DNA of 64,000 nt, from the NCBI GenBank assembly GCA_904419725.1, contig CAJFSP010000001.1:129814-193813 (forward strand). The letters are read 5' to 3'. Below are positions 29,833-39,815 of this stretch, piece by piece. The position numbers were made by a program, and so were the translations under genes. Each line of letters opens with the position of its first letter. Within the stretch, counting starts at the first letter, position 1. The DNA is from Candidatus Heteroclostridium caecigallinarum (GTDB lineage Bacteria; Bacillota; Clostridia; Christensenellales; CAG-314). Below the pieces are notes generated by a model. It searched no databases. It saw only the letters and a list, made by a program, of their open reading frames with translations, and was not told the DNA's origin.

Positions 29833-31080
29833 TTATTTTTTGTCTTTGCGGCGTTTTTCCAGCACGTCGGGCAGATACTGCTGTTCGACGTAACCGCCGT
29901 AATCGTGCGGGTAGAGATATTCGGCGTCCTGCTGGTCGGTGCTGCGCCTGTACGCTTTGTATTTGAGATGGTTAGGGACAGGAGCGTCCGCGTATTTTTT
30001 CGCGTCGTCAAACGCCTTGTCCACCGCCATGACGACCTCGTTGCTTTTTTTAGCCCTGCAAACGTACATAATAGCCTCGGCAAGCGGTATTCTGGCCTCG
30101 GGCATGCCTATTTTTTCCAGCGCGCGCATGGCGCCTGCGGAAATCACCAGGGCGTCGCTGTCGGCAAGCCCCACGTCCTCGGCGGAGTGCACGACAAGTC
30201 TGCGGGCGAGCAGCATCGGGTCGCACCCGGCGGACACAAGCCTGGCAAACCAGAACAGCGCCGCCTCTTCGTCGCTGCCCCTGAGACTTTTGCAGAACGC
30301 GGAAATCATGTCGTAATAACTTGTTTCGTCAACGGACAAAGCCTTTTTCTGGATGCTTTCTTCCGCCGTCTTTTTGTCGATAAACACCTTGCCGTCTTTC
30401 GGTTCGGTAGTGAGCGCCGCCAGTTCCAGCGCGTTGTAAGCCGTGCGCAGGTCGCCGCCGCTTGCCCACGCCATGTGCGACAGGGCGTCGTCGGTAATTT
30501 CGACGCCAAGCGCCTGCAAACCGTTTGGACTGGTCAGCGCGCGCCTCAAAGCGGTTTTTATGTCGTCTTCGTCAAGCGGCGAAAACTCGAAAACACGGCA
30601 TCTGGACACAATCGCGGAGGTAAGCGCGGCATACGGATTTTCAGTAGTGGAGCCGATAAACAATATTATGCCCTGTTCCACCGCGCCCAGCACGCAGTCC
30701 GACTGCGCTTTGGACCAGCGGTGACACTCGTCAAGCAGCAGATATGTCTTTTTGCCCGACGCCAGCCTTTTTTCAGCCTCGTCTATAATCTTTTTGGCGT
30801 CAGCCACGCCGCTGGCCACGGCGTTGAGTTTTTCGAAATGACTGTCGGTGCTGTTGGCGATTATGTTGGCAAGCGTCGTCTTGCCGGTACCGGGCGGCCC
30901 CCAGAATATGCAGCTGCCCACCCTGTCGGCTTTTATGGCGCGCCAAAGCAGAGAGCCTTCGGCGACGATGTGCTTCTGCCCCACAAAATCTTTGAGCACC
31001 TGCGGACGCATCCTTTCCGCGAGCGGAGCCGCTTTTTTTATTTCGAAATCGAACAATGTGTTTTCCTGACGGTATTTCAT
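29833..31080 (-). CDS. rarA: Replication-associated recombination protein A (RarA/MgsA AAA+ ATPase)
   Basis: 415 aa. Walker A is GPPGTGKTTLA and Walker B is LLDECHRW. The C-terminal MgsA domain is present. Confidence 0.9.
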   Translation of the reverse strand: MKYRQENTLFDFEIKKAAPLAERMRPQVLKDFVGQKHIVAEGSLLWRAIKADRVGSCIFWGPPGTGKTTLANIIANSTDSHFEKLNAVASGVADAKKIIDEAEKRLASGKKTYLLLDECHRWSKAQSDCVLGAVEQGIILFIGSTTENPYAALTSAIVSRCRVFEFSPLDEDDIKTALRRALTSPNGLQALGVEITDDALSHMAWASGGDLRTAYNALELAALTTEPKDGKVFIDKKTAEESIQKKALSVDETSYYDMISAFCKSLRGSDEEAALFWFARLVSAGCDPMLLARRLVVHSAEDVGLADSDALVISAGAMRALEKIGMPEARIPLAEAIMYVCRAKKSNEVVMAVDKAFDDAKKYADAPVPNHLKYKAYRRSTDQQDAEYLYPHDYGGYVEQQYLPDVLEKRRKDKK

Positions 31081-31141
31081 CGCCGATATTTTACCAAATT
31101 ACGGCGGCTTTTTCAACGGTTTGAGCGACAGTCCCCGTTTT

Positions 31142-33775
31142 TTAATACCCGACGCTGAAAAAACTGCGGTCACCCAGACCTTTCGCCGAGATTCGTCCGG
31201 AAGTTTTTCCGCCGTTCAGCGCCGCCGACGGCTCCCCTTTGCGAAAGTCGAATTCCATCGTTTTGCCGAAAAACCTGCCCCGTATTTTGCCTATATTTCC
31301 GTCGAACCGGGGCGAAAGCAGAATTTCCCCGCCGTCGGCGGTGATGCCGGCAAAATTTTCCAGAATCATTACAGACAGAAATCCGCCGTCGACGCGCGGC
31401 AGTTTTTCACGGGCGAAACGGTACAACCCGCCGAGAGAACCCACACCGTCGACTTTGCCGCCGGTCAGTCCGCACATGTATGCCAGCAAGGCGGCGCTCC
31501 CGGTTAGTGTCGCCGCGTAGTCTTTCAGTTTTTCCGCAACGGTCAGGCACTCTGCCCTGTCTTTTACATGGCGACAGATTTTAAGGCACGCCAGCGCCTT
31601 GGCTGTTTTTTCCGCCGCCGTGGCGGGTTTTGTCATAAGCATTTCACCGAAAGTTTCTGAAAGCAGCGCCGAGAATTCGTCATCGGGATACATGCACACA
31701 AACCACGCGGCGCCCAGCCAATACGCCCACACGGAGGCTTTCGCTCGTCTGACGCCTGACACGGTCATGACGTCGTAAGCCAAATCTTTTTTGAGAGCCG
31801 CCAGAATGTCTTTAAGATAACGTCCGCCGGTGTAAGCGACGGGCGGCAGCGAAAACAGCGATATTTCTTTCAGTCCGGCGTGAATCAGCGACGACGACAG
31901 CGCCATGGCGTTTCCGTTCCAGAAAGCGCAGTCATCCACGGCAAAAACATCGCCGGGGGCGTCGCCCGGCATTTTTCTTGCCAGGGTGAAATTAATTTCG
32001 CACATGTTTTCCGCCGTCATGCCGCACTTTACGGCGCACACGCCGCTCGGCACATCGCCACCGAAAGAAAAATCGGGTCGAAACTTGTCAAACGCAGACG
32101 TAACGTCGGAACACGGCGGACATGTCAGAACGTAATCCCCGATAACGACATCGCCGCCACGCCTGCGAAAATCGGCGTTGTCGGGCAAATCAAGGCACAA
32201 AATCACTGAAACGGTCTTTCTCCCCCGCAACCCTTCAAAAGTTATTTTATAATTTTTGACGCCGAAATGGCTGATTTCCAACGTCAGTTTCGCCGTGGCG
32301 GTTTGTTTGGCAAACACGATTTTGTCGTCGGCCAGCGAGATTTCACCGCTGTTAAGAAGATACGTCTTTCCGTCGACGCGGACAAACACCCTTTCGCCGC
32401 CGAAACGCGGAGACGTAAACAGCCTGTCGCCGACGGAAAACACGTCGCCGGCGGCGGAAACAAAACTGTCCGTATTGTAGCCGCTGACCGCCGTCAGCGA
32501 GCCGCGCGAAAGAGCGGTCCGCCTTTCGCAGGCGAGTTTTTCAGACAAAGGCAGACCGCCGGACGTACACGGCGTTTTGCCGAAAATCACGCTTGTTTCA
32601 GCGGGAGAATCGGTTACGAAATCACGGCGGTAAAACCCCGCGCGCCCCGCTCCGTGAACAAACCTTTTCATTTGCGCCGCCGTGCCGAACACGCCGAAAC
32701 AAAAGTTGAAACGAACCTCGCTTTTAGCGGCGCACTTGATTTCGGCAAGCAGACGGAGATTTTCGTCTTCAAGCGCCTGGCAGAAAACGTCGCACGCGGC
32801 GCAAAACCACGTTTTTGAAAAACGCAACACGCAAACACCGTTCTGCACAAAGGCGTCGTCCGCCGTACGGGCGAAATCCGCCAGCGCAAGCATGTTTATT
32901 TTTCTCGCTTTCTGCCCGCCGTTGGACACACTGAAAGAACACACTAATCCGTTTTCGTTGAAAAAACTCTTTTGCGTGAATGACAGCGCGCCGCATTCCT
33001 TTACACAGACAAAACTTTTTTTACGGAAATCCGCCCCGACGAATTTCTCGCCCAGCGTTACGCCGTTTTCGGCAAAGCAGAATCTGACGCCATTTGACAT
33101 GACAAATTTTTTTTCGTCAAGCAAAACATCCCTTCCGTTTAGCGACAGCGTGAAATTTCCGCCGGAATATATCCGGCACGACGTTTCGCCGCGCCGTGTT
33201 TCAGCCGAGCGGTGCGTCCCTGAAAGTTCCGTCGCCTCTTCGCCGCAGAGAATCGCGGACAGATATTTTTCGGCGGACGTTTTCGAACCGAAAAGTATAT
33301 GCCACGCAGCGAGACAAAACAGCTGACATTTTTTGATTTCGAGCTCGTCACGCAATGCCGCGAGAAACGGCAGGTCTTTGCCGAAAACATCGGCGCACAG
33401 TGCCAGAATCTCGCCGTCGCCAAGCGCCATCAATGTATGCCGGCATATTTCAAAAGCGGCTCTTTCGGCTTTTTCTTTTCTCTCTCCCCTGCACAGCCTG
33501 ACGGCGGCGTAATGCACGCTCTGAAACTTGTCCATAACCGACAAAAACAGCGCGTCGTTTCTCCCGCGCCTCGCGGCTCTTTTGAACTTTTTGTAAAGCC
33601 GGGCGACGGCGCCGGCGGTATCGTCACGGAAATAGACGCCTTTCGGGTTCAGCGCGTTCAGCAGTCTGAGGTGCGATTTCAGTTCCCCAACACTTTTTGA
33701 CGGTCCGTCAAGCATAAAATAGTAATCGCTTTTCATAACGTGATTTTTGACAAAAAAGGCGGAAATATGCTTCAA
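31142..33775 (-). CDS. Large cytoplasmic hypothetical protein (877 aa)
   Basis: An uninterrupted 877-codon ORF with no TM helix or signal peptide. The C-terminal third, (alpha/alpha)-rich and ending in ...GGEILLSPRFDGNIGKIRGRFFGKTMEFDF, is reminiscent of GH94/GH15-type phosphorylase or glucoamylase folds. I could not identify catalytic motifs. Confidence 0.5.
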   Translation of the reverse strand: MKHISAFFVKNHVMKSDYYFMLDGPSKSVGELKSHLRLLNALNPKGVYFRDDTAGAVARLYKKFKRAARRGRNDALFLSVMDKFQSVHYAAVRLCRGERKEKAERAAFEICRHTLMALGDGEILALCADVFGKDLPFLAALRDELEIKKCQLFCLAAWHILFGSKTSAEKYLSAILCGEEATELSGTHRSAETRRGETSCRIYSGGNFTLSLNGRDVLLDEKKFVMSNGVRFCFAENGVTLGEKFVGADFRKKSFVCVKECGALSFTQKSFFNENGLVCSFSVSNGGQKARKINMLALADFARTADDAFVQNGVCVLRFSKTWFCAACDVFCQALEDENLRLLAEIKCAAKSEVRFNFCFGVFGTAAQMKRFVHGAGRAGFYRRDFVTDSPAETSVIFGKTPCTSGGLPLSEKLACERRTALSRGSLTAVSGYNTDSFVSAAGDVFSVGDRLFTSPRFGGERVFVRVDGKTYLLNSGEISLADDKIVFAKQTATAKLTLEISHFGVKNYKITFEGLRGRKTVSVILCLDLPDNADFRRRGGDVVIGDYVLTCPPCSDVTSAFDKFRPDFSFGGDVPSGVCAVKCGMTAENMCEINFTLARKMPGDAPGDVFAVDDCAFWNGNAMALSSSLIHAGLKEISLFSLPPVAYTGGRYLKDILAALKKDLAYDVMTVSGVRRAKASVWAYWLGAAWFVCMYPDDEFSALLSETFGEMLMTKPATAAEKTAKALACLKICRHVKDRAECLTVAEKLKDYAATLTGSAALLAYMCGLTGGKVDGVGSLGGLYRFAREKLPRVDGGFLSVMILENFAGITADGGEILLSPRFDGNIGKIRGRFFGKTMEFDFRKGEPSAALNGGKTSGRISAKGLGDRSFFSVGY

Positions 33776-33820
33776 GCGTCCTCACCGTTTGCTTTTTGCC
33801 GCTCTATATGCTAAAATATA

Positions 33821-34155
33821 GCGCAATGAGCCGGCCAGACGGCCGCGTGGAAACACGAGGAAAGTCCGAGCACCGCAGGGCACGGGTGCAGGGTAATACC
33901 CTGTGAAGGCGACTTCAAGGAAAGTGCAACAGAAATATACCGCATCTTATGATGTAAGGGTGGAAATGCGAGGTAAGAGCTCACAGACGCTTTGGCGACA
34001 ACGCGTTCATGTAAACCCCACTTGGTGCAAGATAGGACGGCAAAATGCTGACCCGGCATCGTCCGACAAAATCGCTTGAGCCTGGCGGTAACGTCAGGCC
34101 TAGACAGATGGCCGTCAAATACAGAACTCGGCTTACAGACCGGTCTCATTGCTTT
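33821..34155 (+). ncRNA. rnpB: RNase P RNA, bacterial type A
   Basis: Universal P4 strands GAGGAAAGTCCGAGC (5') and ACAGAACTCGGCTTACAG (3') are present. Type-A blocks GAAAGTGCAACAGAAATATACCG, GGTAAGAGCTCAC and GTAAACCCCACTTGGTGCAAG are present. P1 pairs GCAATGAG with CTCATTGC. An upstream TTGCTT-17-TAAAAT promoter lies at 33789..33817. Confidence 0.9.
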
Positions 34156-34189
34156 ATGCCGCTTTTCGGCGCACAGCCGCAAAGCGGCT

Positions 34190-34891
34190 TTAATCTATTA
34201 TATAATCTTCCTTTTCCAGCCTCGCCCTGATTTTAGCGAGCGCCTTTTTTTCTATGCGGGATATGTAAGAGCGCGAAATACCCAAAATTTCCGCCGTTTT
34301 GAGCTGCGTATACGCCGGTCTGCCGCCCAGTCCGTAACGCATGCGTAAAATATCGTATTCTCTTTTAGTAAGGCACTGCCGCATTATCCCGTCGAGTTTT
34401 TCCGACAGAATTTCGCTTTCCACCTGTTTGAAAACGCTGTCCTGATTGACAGACAGAACGTCGATGAGCGAAAACTCGTTGCCGTCGTTGTCGACGCCCA
34501 GCGGGTCGCTCAAAGAAAACACGCAGCGGTTTTTCTTGTTGGCCCTCAGCGCCATGAGAATTTCGTTTTCTATGCACCGCGCCAGATAAGTGGCGAGCTG
34601 CGTGCCCTTTTTTGTCTGAAATGTGGAAATACCCTTTACCAGCCCTATGGAACCGATGGAAATAAGGTCGTCGATATCCATGGAATGACTGTATTTTTTG
34701 GCTATGTGCGCCACCAGCCGTAAATTGTGCTTAATGAGCGTTTCACGGGCGGTCATATCGCCGTTTTTATACTTTTCAAGTTCGGCGGCTTCTTCTTCCG
34801 CTGACAGCGGCTGCGGATAAGACGCCTTGTTTGACACATAAGACGAAAAGCAAAAAACCTTGCTCAGAAATTCCAACACTGCGGAAAGCAT
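34190..34891 (-). CDS. sigK: Sporulation sigma factor SigK (pro-sigma-K), uninterrupted
   Basis: 233 aa. The pro-sequence and processing region YVSNKASYPQPLSAEEE parallels Bacillus YVKNNAFPQPLSSSEE. Also present are HNLRLVAHIAKKY, ATYLARCIENEILM and ISRSYISRIEKKAL. Confidence 0.85.
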   Translation of the reverse strand: MLSAVLEFLSKVFCFSSYVSNKASYPQPLSAEEEAAELEKYKNGDMTARETLIKHNLRLVAHIAKKYSHSMDIDDLISIGSIGLVKGISTFQTKKGTQLATYLARCIENEILMALRANKKNRCVFSLSDPLGVDNDGNEFSLIDVLSVNQDSVFKQVESEILSEKLDGIMRQCLTKREYDILRMRYGLGGRPAYTQLKTAEILGISRSYISRIEKKALAKIRARLEKEDYIID

Positions 34892-34949
34892 TGCGCACCC
34901 CCTTTCACCTTAAATTCTATGCCGGAACACGCCGAAAAAAGACAAAAAA

Positions 34950-34980
34950 CGCAAAAGAAAAACCCCCGAAATCGGGGGTT
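34950..34980 (-). terminator. Intrinsic terminator after the surface-lipoprotein operon
   Basis: The minus strand reads AACCCCCGATTTCGGGGGTT followed by TTTCTTTT. Confidence 0.7.
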
Positions 34981-34995
34981 TTGTTGGTTTGGATT

Positions 34996-37680
34996 TTAAC
35001 CGGCAGGCCGCGTTGTAGTCAGCCAGTCGCTGTCAGGCGCGGTTGTGCTGCCGTATTCGACAATAACTGTCAGAGTGCCCGCGCCGGGGAATCCGGCAAC
35101 AACCTCTGCCATATTTCTTTTAGCGCTTCCGCCAAAAGTGTAAAGCTTATTATAGTCCGCATTCAGGTCATTTTCAATCCATGTAGAGCCGTAAATCGTA
35201 TTGTCGTCCAGACTCATTCCGGAAAGCGCGGAATAATATTGTTTATACGCTTCTTTCGTGGACAATGAGCCGAGAGGCGCAAGAAAAGTATCTAAAATAC
35301 CCAAGTTACTAATCAATGTCACTCTTCGGTCATCGGAATTTGTGCGAGGATAATTGGCGTCTCTGTACACGGTATTTTGCGCCGTGGCTGTCATGTCGCC
35401 GCCGCTGGCGCTGTCCATGTCGGTAAACACCATTTTGATTCGGGCATAGCCGTCATTTGAAACGCCGCCGTTGTTCATGAAGATGAAGTTGAAGGCTTCA
35501 CCGTTACGCTGTTTCAAAACCGAAACACCCATTTGGGAACTGAGCGGAGCGTTCAGCTCTGTTTTTAATTTGACAATAGCTGCGCCCAAACCCTCAACTG
35601 TGGCGTAATACGGCTCTGTGCCTACAACCCAGTTTTCAAAGACGTTTGACGCGTCGAGATACAGTTCAGGGTCAAACGGGAATCCTTTTTTGTTGTCATC
35701 CGGCTGTTTACCCACATTGTGGCGGTCAGGCATGTTGATGGACGCCGCGCCGCTGTTGCCGAAATAAGAGTGGTCAACCTTGACAATGGAGCCCCAGCCG
35801 TAAACTGACGAATAAAAACTGTTGTTTGTCGAGCAATAATGCATATTCAGTTGAGTTTTTGTCGTGCTATCCACACTGATTTCGTCATTTGACACAATCT
35901 GCCATGCCTGCATGTTGTTTTGCTGCATGATATTGTTCGCTTCCACAGTGCAGCCGTTTGCCACAAAGCCGTGGAGCGCGCCGCTCTGTTCCAATATAAA
36001 CGCGGCGGAAGCGTCAGGGTCTTCGATAGGTTCGCTTTCAAGGTCCAGATTGCCGCGCAACGTCAGATTGCTGATATTGACGACGGCGTTAGGAGAATTT
36101 CTGTAAGTAACGCAGAAAATTGCCGACTGTTGCGAATAAGCTCCCATATCCGTAACACCAAGATACCCGAGTCCGCTTCCTGCGGAATTGATTCCGAGTT
36201 CTTCATCTTTTTGCAACAGCGGGAGATTTGCCGCGTTGAAATTGAAATAGTTGCCGTTGATGGTGAAATTGTCTTGCACCGCATTACCGAACCGTACATA
36301 AACATTGGCATTTTCATCCCAGTTGTCAGCAGTAATATTCTGAGGATGAATATGCTTCGCCACATCTTTGCCGTTGAGTTGAGTTTCGTATACCTGCTTG
36401 TCGTTATATTCCACGGTGATGTTTGAATGCACGTTTATGGTATTCACAGACAAATCGCCGAACGCCTCTTTGAAACCTTCGTTGTCATAAACATTGACGC
36501 CGTCGGTCAAAGTGACGTTTATCGAATAAGGCGCTATTTGATTTACCTTTCTTTCGATATAGTATTTTGGCAGGATTTCAACGGTAACGGTTTTGCCAAT
36601 CATTTCTTCGGCAAAATCAATGGAATTGCCGACAAGTTGATATGTCTCCGCCCCCTCATCAACAACTACGCCGCCGTTTTTAACAGTATAGACAAGCGGA
36701 ATGCTGAAATTGGAAATGCTTTCATCAAGGACATCGGTTGCCGTGATATTGAAACGGAAAGCGTTACCCACGCCGACAAAGTAAGAACTGTCGTTATAAG
36801 ACCACTCGGTCTGTCTGTAATAAGTTGCTCTCTGATTGAAACTGTCCTGGTTGTCAACGCTGAAAGTTTTCACGTTTGGTCTGACATACGCTTTATAAGT
36901 ATTTGGCTGACCGTTTTCGGTTATGGTGAAGTCAAATGAACCTACATTGCCGCCGACAATAAAGCCGTTTGTGCCGTCAGTTTTTTCGCTGACGAGATTG
37001 CCCGTCGCCGACCATTCTGTCGAGCCCATGCCTATCTCGGAGTTGGTAAGGAAAACGTACGCTCTCTCACCGTCTTCCGTAACTCTGTAATACAGCCCCG
37101 TGTTTTCGGTGATGTCCAAATCATCTTTCGCGGCCTGTGACGTCACACTTGTCGTAACGGCCTCGGAACGCACAGCCGAGTTGTTTGCCAACGCCGCGTA
37201 AACGGAAACGGTGTGCTGCCCGTCGGCGTAAAAGCCCATGTTGAAAGAAGTAGCGGACTGCTCCATCGCCGTGCCGCCGTCAACACTGACAAAGTACGAA
37301 ATTTCACTGCCTTCGCCGTCAACCGCGCCCCATGTCACGACATTGTCTTCAAAAGCGATATTTTCGGGTTTAGCCAAAGTGGTTTGCTCATCGCGCCACT
37401 TCGCGTAAATGGTGAAAGACTCGGTATACTTGGAGATTTCCGCCACTTTGAAAGGCTGGGTTAAATCTTTGTCTGTATACCAGCCGTCAAAAACATAACC
37501 GCTCTTGGTCGGGTTTGACGGCATTTCAAAGTCGTCGTCAACGACCATGGATTCTATTTCGGTGCCGCCGTTTGTTTCGAAACTGATGACAATGTCCTTG
37601 TTGCAGGCAACAAAGAGCATCGACAAACTCAATAGCAACACGGTGAACAGAACCGCCCTCCATTTTGCAAATTTTTTCAT
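34996..37680 (-). CDS. Large surface lipoprotein with an InlB-B-repeat (Flg_new) domain and an Fn3-like domain
   Basis: I place the start at MKKFAKW, behind the RBS GGAGGA. The signal peptide ends in the lipobox LFVAC. It is followed by ISFETNGGTEI...SGYVFDGWYTDKDLTQPF (a Listeria-Bacteroides repeat), an Fn3-like segment and ~650 aa of unknown fold. Confidence 0.7.
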   Translation of the reverse strand: MKKFAKWRAVLFTVLLLSLSMLFVACNKDIVISFETNGGTEIESMVVDDDFEMPSNPTKSGYVFDGWYTDKDLTQPFKVAEISKYTESFTIYAKWRDEQTTLAKPENIAFEDNVVTWGAVDGEGSEISYFVSVDGGTAMEQSATSFNMGFYADGQHTVSVYAALANNSAVRSEAVTTSVTSQAAKDDLDITENTGLYYRVTEDGERAYVFLTNSEIGMGSTEWSATGNLVSEKTDGTNGFIVGGNVGSFDFTITENGQPNTYKAYVRPNVKTFSVDNQDSFNQRATYYRQTEWSYNDSSYFVGVGNAFRFNITATDVLDESISNFSIPLVYTVKNGGVVVDEGAETYQLVGNSIDFAEEMIGKTVTVEILPKYYIERKVNQIAPYSINVTLTDGVNVYDNEGFKEAFGDLSVNTINVHSNITVEYNDKQVYETQLNGKDVAKHIHPQNITADNWDENANVYVRFGNAVQDNFTINGNYFNFNAANLPLLQKDEELGINSAGSGLGYLGVTDMGAYSQQSAIFCVTYRNSPNAVVNISNLTLRGNLDLESEPIEDPDASAAFILEQSGALHGFVANGCTVEANNIMQQNNMQAWQIVSNDEISVDSTTKTQLNMHYCSTNNSFYSSVYGWGSIVKVDHSYFGNSGAASINMPDRHNVGKQPDDNKKGFPFDPELYLDASNVFENWVVGTEPYYATVEGLGAAIVKLKTELNAPLSSQMGVSVLKQRNGEAFNFIFMNNGGVSNDGYARIKMVFTDMDSASGGDMTATAQNTVYRDANYPRTNSDDRRVTLISNLGILDTFLAPLGSLSTKEAYKQYYSALSGMSLDDNTIYGSTWIENDLNADYNKLYTFGGSAKRNMAEVVAGFPGAGTLTVIVEYGSTTAPDSDWLTTTRPAG

Positions 37681-37741
37681 AATTTCCTCCATAAAATTCT
37701 TGTTTTATATATCAATCACAGCGGTGTATGCCGCCGTGTTG

Positions 37742-38197
37742 TTATCCTACAAAATCGCCGCTGTCCATTCCGGTTTTTTTGGTGATAATTACTCTGTCGG
37801 ACACGAGACTTCCGTCAACGGCAGACACCGTCACAATGGCGCTTGTTCTTGTGGCGCTGTTGAACGTCACTATCCCCTGCGACGAAACCATTACGCTGCC
37901 GTCGGCCACATCTATCGCGTAGCGCACGTCGGGATTGTTCGCGTTGTCGGGATTAACGCTGACTTTCAGCACGAGAATCGTGTCAGGCTCAATTTCGTCA
38001 AGCGAAATGATTTTATCGCCGTTGGCGTTTATTTTGCACGGAATCAAATTGTTGTTTTCGTCAAGATAGCCCTCGATGACAATCTCTTTAACCAGAATAT
38101 TTGTTTCGAAATTTGGTATCTGTCCCAAAATGCTGACAAGTATCACCGACACGACTGCCACGACGGCGGCGAGCATAATTACAATTTTTTTGTTCAT
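37742..38197 (-). CDS. Membrane-anchored Ig-like (Big_2-type) domain protein
   Basis: 151 aa. An N-terminal TM helix is followed by VSVNPDNANNPDVRYAIDVADGSVMVSSQGIVTFNS...VTVSAVDG. Confidence 0.6.
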   Translation of the reverse strand: MNKKIVIMLAAVVAVVSVILVSILGQIPNFETNILVKEIVIEGYLDENNNLIPCKINANGDKIISLDEIEPDTILVLKVSVNPDNANNPDVRYAIDVADGSVMVSSQGIVTFNSATRTSAIVTVSAVDGSLVSDRVIITKKTGMDSGDFVG

Positions 38198-38204
38198 AAC
38201 CGCC

Positions 38205-39815
38205 TCACATCTCTATCTCTCTGAAATACACTTTAAGGTTGTTGACGAACAGCACCAGACGCAGGGCGAAGAAGCCCGCCGCGATGCCGATGATTCTCCA
38301 CCAGGCTCCGCCGCCGTCCATCAGGAAAAACACCGCGACCAGTCCCATCAGCACCGCCATTACAATGCCCGAAATAAGCGCTCGGGATTTATTGACATTT
38401 TCCGCGCCGTCTTTCTTTTCGTTATATTCCTGCAACTGCGGGTTGCGCAAATCCAACTGGAAAGACCACAGAATATGCCCGCCGTTGACAAGCAGAAGCG
38501 TGAGCGCCGTCTGCCACAGGTCATAGCCCGTCACGTTTTCCACCAGTCCGAGCGTAAGCATTGACGCCGCGATGACGACTACCGACACAATGAAATTGCC
38601 CAGGATTTTTGCCCACGCCATTTTTGCAGTGTCCGCCGGCGCCGTTTTCATCAGCGAAAACTCTCCGCCCTCACTGCTGATAGCCGAAGCCGACCGGGTA
38701 TTTCCCGCAGTGAGTAAAAAGAGCGAGAGCATGATATTGAAACATATAATCATATTTCTGCCCGTCACCGACGGAGCCATCGCCCAATAGAACCCGTTGG
38801 TAAGATACAGCATGAGCGGCAAGGCGAGCGTCAGGAGATAATCGGAAATAAGACCGTTTATGTCACGCGCGCCGATGAGACTTTCCTTTCTGAAAAACGC
38901 GCCGAAAATCCCCCTGCGTTTCATTTCTTTGCCGTGCTTGTGCTTTTTGACGGCGGCGTGCTCGCTGCCGTAACTCGCCATGCGGAAATACAGCGGCATG
39001 CTGGTTAAAATCACCACGGCGGCGAGACCGACGATTGTGCCAAGCAATATGAGATAATTAACGGCCACGTTGTCGCCGAAAGCGGCGCCGACAATATTGC
39101 CGTATATAAGGGCGTAACCGTTGAACCGCTGCATAAACAGCACTGCCTGCTGCACGAAATTGTTGTAAACTTCTATAAGCCTTATAGGCCTTTCCAGCCC
39201 GCCGAGTATGCCTTCCACCGCTATCACAAGAAGGGCGTAAACGGCAACGGTGAGCAAAATGCCGACCCACTGCGTTTTTTTCATGAGCTGTCTGGCGAAC
39301 ATGACAAGTATTGACAGAAAAGCGCCGAGCAGCACGGGTATAAAGGACAGCAACGCCGTAAGTATGACAGACTGAACATAATAAAGCGCGCCCATTCCGT
39401 TTATAAACCCGAATGCCAGAAACATCGGAAAGACGAAATACAGGTTTTTTATCAATTCGCCGATGTAATAGGCAAGCAGTTTGCTGGCGAAGACCTCATA
39501 ATGTCTCGCGGGGAAACTCATGAGAATCGGGTTGTCCTTTCCGTAATAAAGCGCCGTCATAAGTCCGCCGGTGCAAGCCAGAACAGAAATAATCTGGCTT
39601 ATGAACAGCAGAAACAAAAACGTCGTTCTGCCGGTCGGAAGGAAAATCACGCCTTTTATTATCGACAGCAGCATATACATGGCGAAAATAACGGCGATGA
39701 CAGACAGCGCCCTGAACATAATCCTGAGGGCGTATTTCTTTTTGTCGGTTATCCCGCGGAAACTGTATTTGCCGCCCAACTGCATGAGCGTGAGCGTTTT
39801 AATGCGATTATACAT
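38205..39815 (-). CDS. Polytopic ABC-exporter permease, paralog of 27345..29018
   Basis: I place the start at MYNRIKTLTLMQL, overlapping the upstream stop by 8 nt. The protein is ~536 aa with many TM helices. Confidence 0.65.
   Translation of the reverse strand: MYNRIKTLTLMQLGGKYSFRGITDKKKYALRIMFRALSVIAVIFAMYMLLSIIKGVIFLPTGRTTFLFLLFISQIISVLACTGGLMTALYYGKDNPILMSFPARHYEVFASKLLAYYIGELIKNLYFVFPMFLAFGFINGMGALYYVQSVILTALLSFIPVLLGAFLSILVMFARQLMKKTQWVGILLTVAVYALLVIAVEGILGGLERPIRLIEVYNNFVQQAVLFMQRFNGYALIYGNIVGAAFGDNVAVNYLILLGTIVGLAAVVILTSMPLYFRMASYGSEHAAVKKHKHGKEMKRRGIFGAFFRKESLIGARDINGLISDYLLTLALPLMLYLTNGFYWAMAPSVTGRNMIICFNIMLSLFLLTAGNTRSASAISSEGGEFSLMKTAPADTAKMAWAKILGNFIVSVVVIAASMLTLGLVENVTGYDLWQTALTLLLVNGGHILWSFQLDLRNPQLQEYNEKKDGAENVNKSRALISGIVMAVLMGLVAVFFLMDGGGAWWRIIGIAAGFFALRLVLFVNNLKVYFREIEM

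Noticed and set aside
33811-34182. 123-aa minus-strand ORF.
   Set aside because: It lies entirely antisense within the RNase P RNA gene, whose universal P4 and type-A signatures are unambiguous.
34190-34891. A skin-like intervening element or split sigK.
   Set aside because: The ORF is continuous from the pro-sequence to region 4.2 (233 aa), and no recombinase is nearby.
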